DNA from: an uncultured Gammaproteobacteria bacterium
GTDB lineage: Bacteria; Patescibacteriota; Patescibacteriia; UBA1558; 2-01-FULL-52-15
Reading direction: 5' to 3'
Assembly: GCA_964441335.1 (NCBI GenBank)
Contig: CAYTUI010000003.1
Span: 1 to 49,086, forward strand
Length of the DNA: 49,086 nt
The notes below the pieces were generated by a model. That model saw only the letters and a program-made list of their open reading frames with translations, made no database searches and was not told the DNA's origin. Position 1 is the first letter of the stretch; each line of letters begins with the position of its first letter. Of this stretch, positions 28,980 to 38,122 are shown piece after piece. A program made the translations under genes and the position numbers.

Positions 28980-30330
28980 GAGAGTCGTTTTAGTGTTGGA
29001 TAGCCACAACACAAAAATAAAATCCGAAACTTTAGGCGATGTTGAATTAAAGTTTGTTTCTTATGGCTATACGATAAAATTTGCCAAAATATTGCAAGAA
29101 ACTCTAAAAGATAAAGATTTTGTTGCCAAGATATTATTTTGTCAACTTGTTAAACCAAAAATAAACTTCGGCAATTTTCAGAAAATATCAGATGTAGAGC
29201 TTGAAGCGTTAGCAAAAGCGTTTATTAAAAACGAAAATTATACCTTCAAATATTTTCAGGGTACCGGCAATTATTTCAAGGATTTTAAGCAAGCGTTGGT
29301 TGTCGGACACGAAAAGCATGTTGAGAAATTGAGAAAAAATTTTGAGCCGACTATTAAGTCGGCACAAGAAACCTTAACCGCTTTTAGTAAAAATTATTCA
29401 TCAGTAATTCAACAAGCCATTGACGGCACTTCTTATATTCAAGAGTCCATGCGAGGTTTAGCGGAAGTAGCCAAGCAAGTTAGCGATACTCAACAACGAC
29501 TTTTTGAATCTATAAAGCCAGCAATTGAGCAATACCAAGCAACCGCAAAAATTATCGCAGAGTCATTGCGCCCACAGATTGATTTTTGGCAAAAATGGAC
29601 AGAGCAAAACAAAAAAGTATTTGATAATTTTTCAAACTATTGGGCAAATTTTCAAAAGACATATAATATTGCCGGACAAAAAGCCGTTGGAGTTTTACAA
29701 AAATATAAATGGTTCATTACACCAAGCTTTCCATTGCCTTTTATTTTTGAGGTGGTAAAACTTGATAAAAAGAAAGGCAGGCAAGATAAAGCCGTCAATG
29801 GCTTGTTTGTCAAATATTTTGAAGCAAAAGATTGGCAGAATTTAGAGGGAATGGTGGACGATTGGAAAAATAAACCTTTGCTGAAAAAACGATATAAAAT
29901 TTTGTCTGACTGTGTTGAGATTGTAAAAATTACTAGTAAGAAAGGCGTAAACGGAGCGAATGTTGTTTTGCCGACATTAATAACTCAAATTGACGGAGCT
30001 TTGAGTGATTATCTAAATTCAAAAAATATTCAGTGGGACTGCGATTATGACGATTGGATTGACGGCAAAACAGGAAAAGTAAAAAAGATTGGCAGAAAAA
30101 CGCGATTCAAAAATTTAAACCAAAAAAGTTTAACAACCCAACTTGATGACTTGGCGAATGATATTTTTTTGAACATTTTGTTTCAAAGATCGCAAAAAGG
30201 CAAGCCCCTTGCAACGCCATTTAATTTCAACCGGCACAAAATTATTCATGGCGAAAATATAAACTACGGCAAAAAGGATTATTTAATTCGCGCCTTCATG
30301 ATTCTAGATTTTCTCGCACATTGTTATTAG
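28969..30330 (+). CDS. Hypothetical helical protein with C-terminal RxxxxH (HEPN-like) motif
   Basis: NRHKIIHG near the C-terminus; start uncertain (TTG overlapping the RM stop chosen). Confidence 0.65.
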   Translation: MKSKRVVLVLDSHNTKIKSETLGDVELKFVSYGYTIKFAKILQETLKDKDFVAKILFCQLVKPKINFGNFQKISDVELEALAKAFIKNENYTFKYFQGTGNYFKDFKQALVVGHEKHVEKLRKNFEPTIKSAQETLTAFSKNYSSVIQQAIDGTSYIQESMRGLAEVAKQVSDTQQRLFESIKPAIEQYQATAKIIAESLRPQIDFWQKWTEQNKKVFDNFSNYWANFQKTYNIAGQKAVGVLQKYKWFITPSFPLPFIFEVVKLDKKKGRQDKAVNGLFVKYFEAKDWQNLEGMVDDWKNKPLLKKRYKILSDCVEIVKITSKKGVNGANVVLPTLITQIDGALSDYLNSKNIQWDCDYDDWIDGKTGKVKKIGRKTRFKNLNQKSLTTQLDDLANDIFLNILFQRSQKGKPLATPFNFNRHKIIHGENINYGKKDYLIRAFMILDFLAHCY

Positions 30331-30368
30331 AATACAAAGGTAAAGGCGGCGTGCCACACCTAATCTTC

Positions 30369-30419
30369 TTGACAAACAAATATGGCATTTGATAATATTG
30401 TAATACATTGTATTACAAT
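30369..30419 (+). promoter_or_regulatory. Promoter with perfect 11-bp inverted-repeat operator
   Basis: TTGACA-16 nt-GATAAT, then attgtaataca-t-tgtattacaat. Confidence 0.7.
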
Positions 30420-30433
30420 TAATCCTATACAAT

Positions 30434-30649
30434 ATGCGTGAAATAATAAACATCTCTCTACCATCTCAAATGGCCAGAACCGTAAAAAAAGCTGTTAAAG
30501 ACGGGGGATATATTAGTACCAGTGAATTCTTTAGAAGTTTAGTGAGAAATTGGGAGGTAGAGCGACTAAACGGTGAGCTACAATCAAGCCGAGTTGAACT
30601 AACAAGCAATAAGGGTAAAGCACTTCGGTCCCTTAAGCGCCTAAGATAG
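30434..30649 (+). CDS. Ribbon-helix-helix (CopG/ParD-like) regulator or orphan antitoxin
   Basis: IINISLP...V..GGY.STSEFFR pattern. Confidence 0.8.
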   Translation: MREIINISLPSQMARTVKKAVKDGGYISTSEFFRSLVRNWEVERLNGELQSSRVELTSNKGKALRSLKRLR

Positions 30650-30655
30650 ATTATT

Positions 30656-32506
30656 ATGAAACTCACCTCTCATTCTCCAAAACTTATCTTATCTTTAACC
30701 GCCGCATTATTATTAATTGCGGCTTTGTTTTACATTTTAACCAAACCAACTTTTTTTAAGTTGCTTGTTAATGATGAACATGTCCAAATGTGTGATGATA
30801 CAAACGACCAATGTCGTGAAACAAACTTGCCTTATCAAAATCCCGCCTTATCTACCGAAGTGAGAGTAGCTGATTTGCTAAATAGAATGACCGCAGCTGA
30901 AAAAATTGGACAACTGGCGTTGGTTGAAAAAAATAGTGTCAGCGATTTAAACGATATTGCGCAATATGGTCTGGGCGCCTTAATGAGCCCCGGCAACGGG
31001 AAGCCCGATGATAATACACCTGCCGGCTGGCTGGCCATGGTAAATAATTTCCAAAGCTACAGTCAAAAAACTCGCTTAGCTATACCCTTATTATACGGCA
31101 CCGATGCTAATCATGGTCTGGGCGCTGCCATCGGGGCAACCATTTTCCCACACTTTATCGGTTTAGGCGCCAGTCATAATGCAAATTTAGTTAAGGAGGT
31201 AGCTAAGGCAACCGCTGAAGAAGTGGCGGCCACCGGCATATCTTGGGTTTTTTCACCGGATCTGGATGTAACCGAAGATATCAGGTGGGGCAGAACCTAT
31301 GAAACGTTTGGTTCTGATCCAAAATTAGTCGGTCTTCTCGGACAAACCTATATTGAGGGCTTACAATCTGTTAATCAAAATGGTCTAACACTAGCCGCCA
31401 CAGCTAAACATTATGTCGGTTCCGGCTCGGCTAATTGGGGCAGTTCTATCAACAAAGATTATTCCATTGATCAAGGTAATGTCACTATCAGCGAGGCTGA
31501 ATTACGTCAAATAGCTCTGGCTCCCTTCAAACAAGCCATCAAGGCCGATGTCAAAACAATTATGGTTGGCTTAAACAAATGGAACGGCAACAAAATTACT
31601 TTTGATAAATATCTGCTGACCGATGTTCTAAGAAAAGAGCTGGGCTTTCAAGGCTTAGTCTTATCTGATTGGTACGGAGTCTACGGCAATCAGATAAATA
31701 AATATTCTGCTACTGTCAAAGCAGTTAACGCTGGGATTGATATGATTATGCTGCCCTTTGATTACAAACCTTTTTACGAGGATTTACAGCGTGCTATTAC
31801 CACCGGGGAAATTAAGCAATCAAGGCTGGATGAAGCGGTCGGAAGAATATTGACAGTAAAATTTGAACTAGGGCTATTTGATAAACCCCCAACAGATTTG
31901 TCTAATATAAAAATTATCGGCTCCGAGGAACATAGAAAGTTGGCCCGACAAGCAGTTAGAGAATCTCTGGTGTTATTGAAAAATAACCAGACCGTTCCTC
32001 TAACTAAGAATCCGTCAAAAATCCTAGTTGCCGGTTCAGCCGCCAATAATTTAGGCAAGCAAATGGGCGGCTGGACAGTGGAGTGGCAGGGCATTGATGG
32101 TAATTGGGTGCCCGGCACAACTATTCTACACGGTATACAGACCGCGGTCTCACCTTCTGCTAAGGTGGAGTATAATCTAACTGGTAGTTTCCCCAATCAA
32201 GCAACTTTAGCTGACATTGGTATCGCGATTGTCGGAGAAAATCCGTACTCTGAAGGTGTCGGAGATAATGCGCACCCCAAACTATCTGCCGAAGACTTAG
32301 CCGTTATTACTAATCTCAAAAAAGTTAGTCAGAAAATAGTTGTGATTATAGTTTCCGGCCGACCATTAGATATTAAACAATATGCCACTGATTGGGACGC
32401 AATTATTGCCGCCTGGTTGCCGGGCAGTGAGGGTCAAGGTGTAGCAGATGTTTTGTTTGGGGATTATAGTTTTACTGGGACCTTACCGATTGAGTGGAAA
32501 TTATAG
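30656..32506 (+). CDS. Glycoside hydrolase family 3 (beta-glucosidase-like), N-terminally anchored
   Basis: MTAAEKIGQL, RWGRTYETF, AKHYVG, VLSDW nucleophile, AWLPGSEG. Confidence 0.95.
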   Translation: MKLTSHSPKLILSLTAALLLIAALFYILTKPTFFKLLVNDEHVQMCDDTNDQCRETNLPYQNPALSTEVRVADLLNRMTAAEKIGQLALVEKNSVSDLNDIAQYGLGALMSPGNGKPDDNTPAGWLAMVNNFQSYSQKTRLAIPLLYGTDANHGLGAAIGATIFPHFIGLGASHNANLVKEVAKATAEEVAATGISWVFSPDLDVTEDIRWGRTYETFGSDPKLVGLLGQTYIEGLQSVNQNGLTLAATAKHYVGSGSANWGSSINKDYSIDQGNVTISEAELRQIALAPFKQAIKADVKTIMVGLNKWNGNKITFDKYLLTDVLRKELGFQGLVLSDWYGVYGNQINKYSATVKAVNAGIDMIMLPFDYKPFYEDLQRAITTGEIKQSRLDEAVGRILTVKFELGLFDKPPTDLSNIKIIGSEEHRKLARQAVRESLVLLKNNQTVPLTKNPSKILVAGSAANNLGKQMGGWTVEWQGIDGNWVPGTTILHGIQTAVSPSAKVEYNLTGSFPNQATLADIGIAIVGENPYSEGVGDNAHPKLSAEDLAVITNLKKVSQKIVVIIVSGRPLDIKQYATDWDAIIAAWLPGSEGQGVADVLFGDYSFTGTLPIEWKL

Positions 32507-32523
32507 GCCACTAACATATTATC

Positions 32524-33324
32524 ATGATCATAGACAGTCATTGCCATATCTCATATTTAGGAGAAAAGAAACAAAATCTTTTTGAAATCAAAAAGGAACT
32601 TCTAGAATCAATGAAAGAGTCTGGTATCAGCTACTCTATTGTCATCCCGGACAACATGCCTGGCACTCAATGCGCGGATATGAATACTCTCACCAAGATT
32701 ATTGACGATGATAAACATTTTTTTTCAATGGGCACAATAAATATTTTTCAAAACATTGACGAACAAATTAGAAAGCTTGAAAATTTAATAACCGTTAATA
32801 AAATATGTGCTATAAAACTCTTTCCGGGACATGACCAATTTTATCCAAATGATGAGAGATGTCAGTCTATATATAAGCTGTGTCTAAAACATAATATACC
32901 GATAGTTTTTCATACCGGCATTAATACAGGTGATATTGATTGCGCAAAATATAATGATCCAAAATATTTAGTTAAAATTGCTAAAAAATATCAAGAATTA
33001 AAAATCGTAATTGCTCACTTTTTCTGGCCGCAAATGGAGTATTGCTATGAACTAACAAAAGGCCTGGGAAATATCTACTATGATACTTCAGCCATGGCCG
33101 ATCCGGAGGTTGTTGAAGCTACTGGCGGGTGGGTCAAAGTACTGCAGATTCTGAAAAAGACCGCCCTTAAAAAGCCAAACAATGTCCTATTTGGCACCGA
33201 TTGGCCGATGTGCCCAGTTGATAAGCATATTCAACTGATAAGAGAGTTGGGGATTGATCCAAAAACAGAGGAAAAGATCTTTTTTCAAAATGCGATTAAT
33301 CTGTATAGACTGCAAATTTCTTAG
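32524..33324 (+). CDS. Amidohydrolase_2 family metal-dependent hydrolase
   Basis: IIDSHCH, FHTG, IAH, LFGTDWP. Confidence 0.9.
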   Translation: MIIDSHCHISYLGEKKQNLFEIKKELLESMKESGISYSIVIPDNMPGTQCADMNTLTKIIDDDKHFFSMGTINIFQNIDEQIRKLENLITVNKICAIKLFPGHDQFYPNDERCQSIYKLCLKHNIPIVFHTGINTGDIDCAKYNDPKYLVKIAKKYQELKIVIAHFFWPQMEYCYELTKGLGNIYYDTSAMADPEVVEATGGWVKVLQILKKTALKKPNNVLFGTDWPMCPVDKHIQLIRELGIDPKTEEKIFFQNAINLYRLQIS

Positions 33325-33391
33325 CCAAAATACCTGCTTTTTATGTAAATTAATTGTATAATGAAATGGCTCATTATTAACCGATATCAAT

Positions 33392-33823
33392 ATGAAAAAA
33401 GTAACTGGTTTTATAGCAATTTTAACCGTCTCGTTAGCTCTTAGCGGCTGCGGTTTATTTTCAGCTAATCAAAAGACCCCGGCTGTTGTGCCTGTAACGC
33501 CAAATGTTCCGGCAGCGCCTTCACCAACTAATGAACCGACTCCATCACTACCGACTAATGTGCCACCGGTGAAAACCAACGAAAAAGTTTCCATCAGTAT
33601 TGAAAATTTTACCTTTAATCCGACCCCACTGACTATCAAAAAAGGCTCTACCGTCACTTGGACCAACGATGATCCAGCTCCACACCAAATTAAATCCACC
33701 ACCTTCAATTCTAACCAATTATTTACCGGCCAAACATTTTCTTTTACTTTTGACACTGTTGGAACTTATGATTATTCCTGCGCTATCCATCCGTCAATGT
33801 TAGGGAAAATCGTGGTTGAGTAA
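33392..33823 (+). CDS. Cupredoxin (plastocyanin/amicyanin-like) lipoprotein
   Basis: Lipobox LSGC, Pro/Thr linker, type-1 Cu ligands H...CAIHPSM. Confidence 0.9.
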   Translation: MKKVTGFIAILTVSLALSGCGLFSANQKTPAVVPVTPNVPAAPSPTNEPTPSLPTNVPPVKTNEKVSISIENFTFNPTPLTIKKGSTVTWTNDDPAPHQIKSTTFNSNQLFTGQTFSFTFDTVGTYDYSCAIHPSMLGKIVVE

Positions 33824-33825
33824 AA
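33744..33825 (+). repeat. 82-bp direct repeat, copy 1 (3' end of cupredoxin gene)
   Basis: Matches 34883-34964 with 2 mismatches. Confidence 0.95.
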
Positions 33826-33856
33826 ATTGAATTTATAACTAACACAACATAATTAT

Positions 33857-34387
33857 ATGGATAAATCATTTAATGAGTGGCCGCCCCGAGCTGATGGAGA
33901 GACAAATAATGAAACTATAGAACAAAAAAGAGATAGGCTGGGCAAAATTATTGAGTTACTTACAAATCCTAAAGCAGTTATTAACGCCAGAGATATACTC
34001 ACAGGTAAAAATATTCCTTCGCTGGCAGAAAGCGAGTCACAGAAAATAATTTTCTTATCAGAAACTGTTATTCAGCAAAAGCAAAGGGGAGACATAAATA
34101 TGGATAAATTATTTAAGGGAACTGGACATATTGCTCAGAGTTCTAAGGGCACCTCTTTTGATAATGTACCAATTAGCGATACATTAAGGGCTGTGCAAGT
34201 GAGTGATGAGGCACTACTTAAAGAATTACTATCCTTGCAAGATGAGGAGTTAGTTGAGCTAGGCATCCAAGCGAGGCATACCAAAATTGACGAGAAAACT
34301 ACAGAACATAGATTTCGAAACATTTTAAATACTTCGGGTGAATTAATGCATTACCTTGGAGAGGTTGCTTATCGAGGCACAAAATAA
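33857..34387 (+). CDS. Hypothetical protein
   Basis: 176-aa ORF, coupled to the next gene by a TAATG overlap. Confidence 0.7.
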   Translation: MDKSFNEWPPRADGETNNETIEQKRDRLGKIIELLTNPKAVINARDILTGKNIPSLAESESQKIIFLSETVIQQKQRGDINMDKLFKGTGHIAQSSKGTSFDNVPISDTLRAVQVSDEALLKELLSLQDEELVELGIQARHTKIDEKTTEHRFRNILNTSGELMHYLGEVAYRGTK

Positions 34388-34881
34388 TGTTTACGTCCAT
34401 GGAATTTAATAGGTCACGTGAAATTGAACAATTTGACGAGGGTAGAAAAAAACTTTTAGAGTTGGAAAAAGAAGGCAAATATGTTTTTCATGGTTCGTCT
34501 GATATCCTCCAAGTTTTAGAACCTCGTCAAGCATATAACATCGATCAAAAAACTGGCATGAATGAAAAAGATGGAAATCCAGCAGTTTTCGCCACGCCTT
34601 TTGCTGACATAGCAATTTTTAGAGCATTAATAAGCGGACGGAATGTATCTGGAGACTCCGAAAGTAGGTTTGGGATGGATGATCAGGGTCTGCACTTTTC
34701 CGCTACTCAAAATTTACTGGATACTGCCAAAAGTAAAATTGCCAAAGTTTATGTATTAGATAAATCCAAGTTCATTAATTTTGAAGGCTCACAGTGCAGG
34801 AGTGAGGAACCCAATGTGCCAATTCAGGTCGTTGAAGTAACAATAAAGGATTTACCAGACAATATTAAAATAATTGAATGA
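34387..34881 (+). CDS. Hypothetical protein, possible ADP-ribosyltransferase-like fold
   Basis: YVFHGS...LEP, AVFAT...A...A and VYVL motifs resemble Arr/ART-like strands. Confidence 0.55.
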   Translation: MFTSMEFNRSREIEQFDEGRKKLLELEKEGKYVFHGSSDILQVLEPRQAYNIDQKTGMNEKDGNPAVFATPFADIAIFRALISGRNVSGDSESRFGMDDQGLHFSATQNLLDTAKSKIAKVYVLDKSKFINFEGSQCRSEEPNVPIQVVEVTIKDLPDNIKIIE

Positions 34882-34882
34882 A

Positions 34883-34964
34883 TTACCTTTGACACTGTTG
34901 GAACTAATGATTATTCCTGCGCTATCCATCCGTCAATGTTAGGGAAAATCGTGGTTGAGTAAAA
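34883..34964 (+). repeat. 82-bp direct repeat, copy 2
   Basis: Duplicate of the cupredoxin 3' end including its stop codon. Confidence 0.95.
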
Positions 34965-35019
34965 TTTGCTAAAAATTCAAATCCCGACATTATTGAAATT
35001 TCGGTTTTTAACTCCGGAA

Positions 35020-35680
35020 ACTGCGAGCTTACAGGCGAAGCAGTCCCGTTGATAATTTTACGACAGAAGCAAATAAATCTGGACTGCTTCTCTCGCCTCT
35101 CGCGAGAGGCGAGATCGTAGTATCCCTGATGGTGTAGAGACGCGGACTGTAATTAAGTTATAATCCGCGAGGAGCTGGTGGTATTTAGTGTCCGCACAGT
35201 AGAACTGACAATCAACCATGATTAGTCAGGAGTTAAGCGACGAAGCGATCTCTCCCTAGTTTAAATATTTAAACCCTAAATCCTAAAACCTAAACAAATT
35301 ATAATATTTAAAGTTTAAAATATTATAATTTGAAATTTAGGTATTGTTTGTTATTTGTGATTTTGGGTTTGTATTAGAGACCGCTTCGCCAGCTCGCGGA
35401 TGATAAACGTCTAATAATTCGCGAGGAGCCAATCATCGCTAGTATTCTCATAATTGTTAGTAGAAGTGGTGTTAAGTAATAGAGGATTGGGCGACGACGC
35501 GATCTCTTATTAGTTAAAAGTTCAAATCCAAAGCTCCAAATTTCAAACAAATCACAATGTTGGATATTTAAATATCAAAAGTTTAAATTATTGAAGTTTT
35601 ATAATTTTGATATTGTTTGTTATTTGTGATTTAGAATTTAGGATTTATTATATAGACTGCTTCGCTCTGCTCGCAGATGA
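35020..35680. repeat. Three tandem palindromic elements (gcgag...cgaagc.../...gcttcg...ctcgc), two with nested AT heptamer hairpins
   Basis: Units at ~35020-35121, 35161-35403 and 35415-35680. Confidence 0.75.
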
Positions 35681-35725
35681 ATGTAAATTTACGATTGTCC
35701 CAGCTACAAACATACGAGGATTGCT

Positions 35726-35760
35726 AAAAAAAGACTGCCGTATCTGATGACACGACAGTC
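35726..35760 (-). terminator. Intrinsic terminator of the minus-strand three-gene unit
   Basis: gactgtcgtg...tacggcagtc followed by T7 on the minus strand. Confidence 0.8.
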
Positions 35761-35777
35761 AAGGTTATCCCCTCTCA

Positions 35778-36011
35778 TTACAGCTCTTGGAGAACTTTCA
35801 GAGCCGCTTGAGCCCGCTGGCCAAGAGGCAGATCCAATGCTAGGACCATACCCAACTTGGGATCGGTCAGCCCCTGTTCCTCCATGACAGCCTCTTTGGC
35901 TTCGGTCACTGCCTCATCAAGGTGCGCTAGCCACTCACTCGTAGCTCCAAACAGCTCCTTTCTCAACAAGCAACTGCCCAAAGCCGCTGTCAAATCCTTC
36001 AGTGTTGGCAT
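35778..36011 (-). CDS. Small hypothetical protein
   Basis: AAGGAGGAG SD before MPTLKDL; shorter than the ORF-track call. Confidence 0.6.
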   Translation of the reverse strand: MPTLKDLTAALGSCLLRKELFGATSEWLAHLDEAVTEAKEAVMEEQGLTDPKLGMVLALDLPLGQRAQAALKVLQEL

Positions 36012-36028
36012 CTCTCCTCCTTCCGAGA

Positions 36029-36316
36029 TCATTTGACCAACCAGATTCTCCATCTGGCGATACCAGCCTTGGCGCACTCCTTCATCAGTAGCGCTAACTC
36101 CTCCTTATCTTTCTTGTCACGAGCAACTTGCCACCGAAGAACCTCCGTACCCTCCCAGTCGCTCCTCATTGTGGCCTGCGCAAGATTCTCATCGTCCCAA
36201 CTATCATCCAGTGAGGATTGAAACCAGGAACGATGTCTTTGAGCCAACGGTTCCAGTAGAGCTACCTGTTGGGATGTTAATCCCAACTTCGCCAGCCATA
36301 CTACCAGCTTTCTCAA
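36029..36316 (-). CDS. Small hypothetical protein
   Basis: AAGGAGG upstream of a TTG start. Confidence 0.6.
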   Translation of the reverse strand: MRKLVVWLAKLGLTSQQVALLEPLAQRHRSWFQSSLDDSWDDENLAQATMRSDWEGTEVLRWQVARDKKDKEELALLMKECAKAGIARWRIWLVK

Positions 36317-36340
36317 CTCCAGCCTCCTTGCTGCCGAACG

Positions 36341-36529
36341 TCAGACCTTCGGGCGGTAAAAAATGGCAACGGTGGTAAATACTCCATCACGACTGGTAAC
36401 GCAAGTGGACAACTGGCGATCGGTAATCTCAATATTCGGATACTGCGCCAGCCAATCATTGATTTGCATCTCAATAGGACTTCCTGGGGAAATCTGGCCT
36501 CTGACGGAAAAAAACTTCACCTGTTCCAT
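36341..36529 (-). CDS. Small protein, Cse60/DUF2758-like
   Basis: QVKFF...E.QINDWL...P.IEI.D......VAIFY pattern; GAGGGGGT SD. Confidence 0.6.
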   Translation of the reverse strand: MEQVKFFSVRGQISPGSPIEMQINDWLAQYPNIEITDRQLSTCVTSRDGVFTTVAIFYRPKV

Positions 36530-36586
36530 TGTCTGACCCCCTCTTGCTCTTTGTTTGTCAGTAGCGTGATTACCACTGAACAGCCA

Positions 36587-36615
36587 AAATTAGCAATAAA
36601 ATTCCTACCTGTCAA
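36587..36615 (-). promoter_or_regulatory. Sigma70 promoter
   Basis: TTGACA-17 nt-TAATTT with TG extension on the minus strand. Confidence 0.65.
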
Positions 36616-36679
36616 GGTCCGTCAACTGCTTGTTTTAAATATAACAAAGAGCTAAAATATAGCTAATTAAAAATAATTT

Positions 36680-36865
36680 ATGAGCAAAAAAAGTATTTGT
36701 GGAGGCGGTAGCGCCGGCGCAGTATATGGACTGGGTTTTATCGGAGCGGCGATTTATTACATCTCACAAGCCACTGGCTTGTGGCCGGGAATCATAGGAT
36801 TTTTAAAAGCTCTGGTCTGGCCATCTTTTGTGGTATATGAATTGCTGAAATTTTTGGCCGGGTAA
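36680..36865 (+). CDS. Small Gly-rich membrane protein
   Basis: GAVYGLGFIGAAIYYI...GFLKALVWP. Confidence 0.8.
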   Translation: MSKKSICGGGSAGAVYGLGFIGAAIYYISQATGLWPGIIGFLKALVWPSFVVYELLKFLAG

Positions 36866-36907
36866 TTAATATTTAAAATTTATTTAATAAGTAATTCACA
36901 TAATAAT

Positions 36908-37519
36908 ATGACAAAACCTTTTGAGGACATACCTTCAGCCGATACACCGACACCAGAATCTAACGAACCGACAGCCGAAATTTCCAATCGTATACAAAGA
37001 TTTAAAGAAACGAGTAGGAAGCACCTGCAAAAAGCTTTGAGTGACACTTTGGATCTTCTTGATCCCTTAAGAGAGCACCGCCGAGAAAAACTAGAGTGGG
37101 AACAAATGAGTAGAGCGGGAGAAAAACAGTCAGCGCTCTTTGTCGCGAATTTAATGAAGCAAGCTGAACAAGCGAAGGAGTCAATGCCTAATGACCTTAA
37201 AGAAAAATTAGAAAAGATCACTCTGAAGGGATCTGAATATGATGATCACGGCAAAACTGATTATGAAGCCAAGGGTCTAGAAATGGCCATTTCTTTAGCT
37301 ACATCTTGTGGAGCAGGCTCCAACTATGATATATCTTGGGCAAATACTTGGCTAACATATAACGATGGCGATACAGAAGTTGAGGTCTCCGCAGTAAATA
37401 ATGGTTGGAGCGTCAGCGAACCTGAAATTATGATTAAACACAAGGGCAAGGAGTATTCCTGGATCAAAGTAAGCTATTATCGCGAATCTAGCAGTAAGGA
37501 AATTCTCGGTCAATCATAA
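36908..37519 (+). CDS. Hypothetical protein
   Basis: 203-aa ORF followed by a terminator. Confidence 0.7.
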   Translation: MTKPFEDIPSADTPTPESNEPTAEISNRIQRFKETSRKHLQKALSDTLDLLDPLREHRREKLEWEQMSRAGEKQSALFVANLMKQAEQAKESMPNDLKEKLEKITLKGSEYDDHGKTDYEAKGLEMAISLATSCGAGSNYDISWANTWLTYNDGDTEVEVSAVNNGWSVSEPEIMIKHKGKEYSWIKVSYYRESSSKEILGQS

Positions 37520-37541
37520 ACAACCCATATAAGTTAACATG

Positions 37542-37572
37542 TCCCCGGCCTAAACGCTGGGGATTTTGTTTT
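37542..37572 (+). terminator. Intrinsic terminator
   Basis: tccccggc-ctaaac-gctgggga plus T-rich tail. Confidence 0.7.
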
Positions 37573-37594
37573 CACCACCGCTTGACCAGTAATT

Positions 37595-37734
37595 AATTTC
37601 AAATTCTAAACCCTAAATCCTAATTACTAAACAATGTTAAAATCCCAAATAATAATGTTTTAAACGTTTCTGAATTTTAAAAATTGAATATTATGATTTG
37701 TTTAGGATTTAGAAATTAGGACTTAGGATTTAGG
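37595..37734. repeat. AT-rich 7-nt-periodic palindromic element
   Basis: aaattct aaaccct aaatcct aattact ... tttagga tttagaa attagga cttagga tttagg. Confidence 0.75.
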
Positions 37735-37774
37735 TATAAGAAGAGGCTCCTGGTTGTCCAAGAGCCTCTAGTCG

Positions 37775-38065
37775 TCAAACAGGCTTGAGCAAACAGCTGG
37801 CCAAGGTAACCTCCTGGTTAAAGCCAACTGCGATAGTCACCATGTGCGTTGAGTGTCCTTTGGTGCCATTGTAGCCATTGAAATCAGCCTTTCCCGGGGC
37901 TCGGGAGATCAACTCCGCCCGAAGCTTACGATAGGGCGGTTTACCCCATTCCCAGAGCTGACTGACCTCGGTCACTGCCTCGGCTTCAGGACTCAACTCG
38001 ACGAACCCACAAGTCTCAAAAGGACTTCTTTGCTCGTCAGTGTGACTCACCTGTCCCTCCTTCAT
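37775..38065 (-). CDS. Small hypothetical protein with its own promoter, SD and hairpin
   Basis: TTGACC-16 nt-TAATCT, AAGGGGA SD, downstream hairpin at 37742-37769. Confidence 0.6.
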   Translation of the reverse strand: MKEGQVSHTDEQRSPFETCGFVELSPEAEAVTEVSQLWEWGKPPYRKLRAELISRAPGKADFNGYNGTKGHSTHMVTIAVGFNQEVTLASCLLKPV

Positions 38066-38122
38066 GTTTTTATCCCCTTACTCTTTAGATTACTATTTTC
38101 AAAAACCTGGTCAAGGAATAAC

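Noticed and set aside
26091-35000. Classical integrase island with tRNA-Pro attR
   Set aside because: No integrase, and I could not find a repeat of the tRNA 3' end downstream
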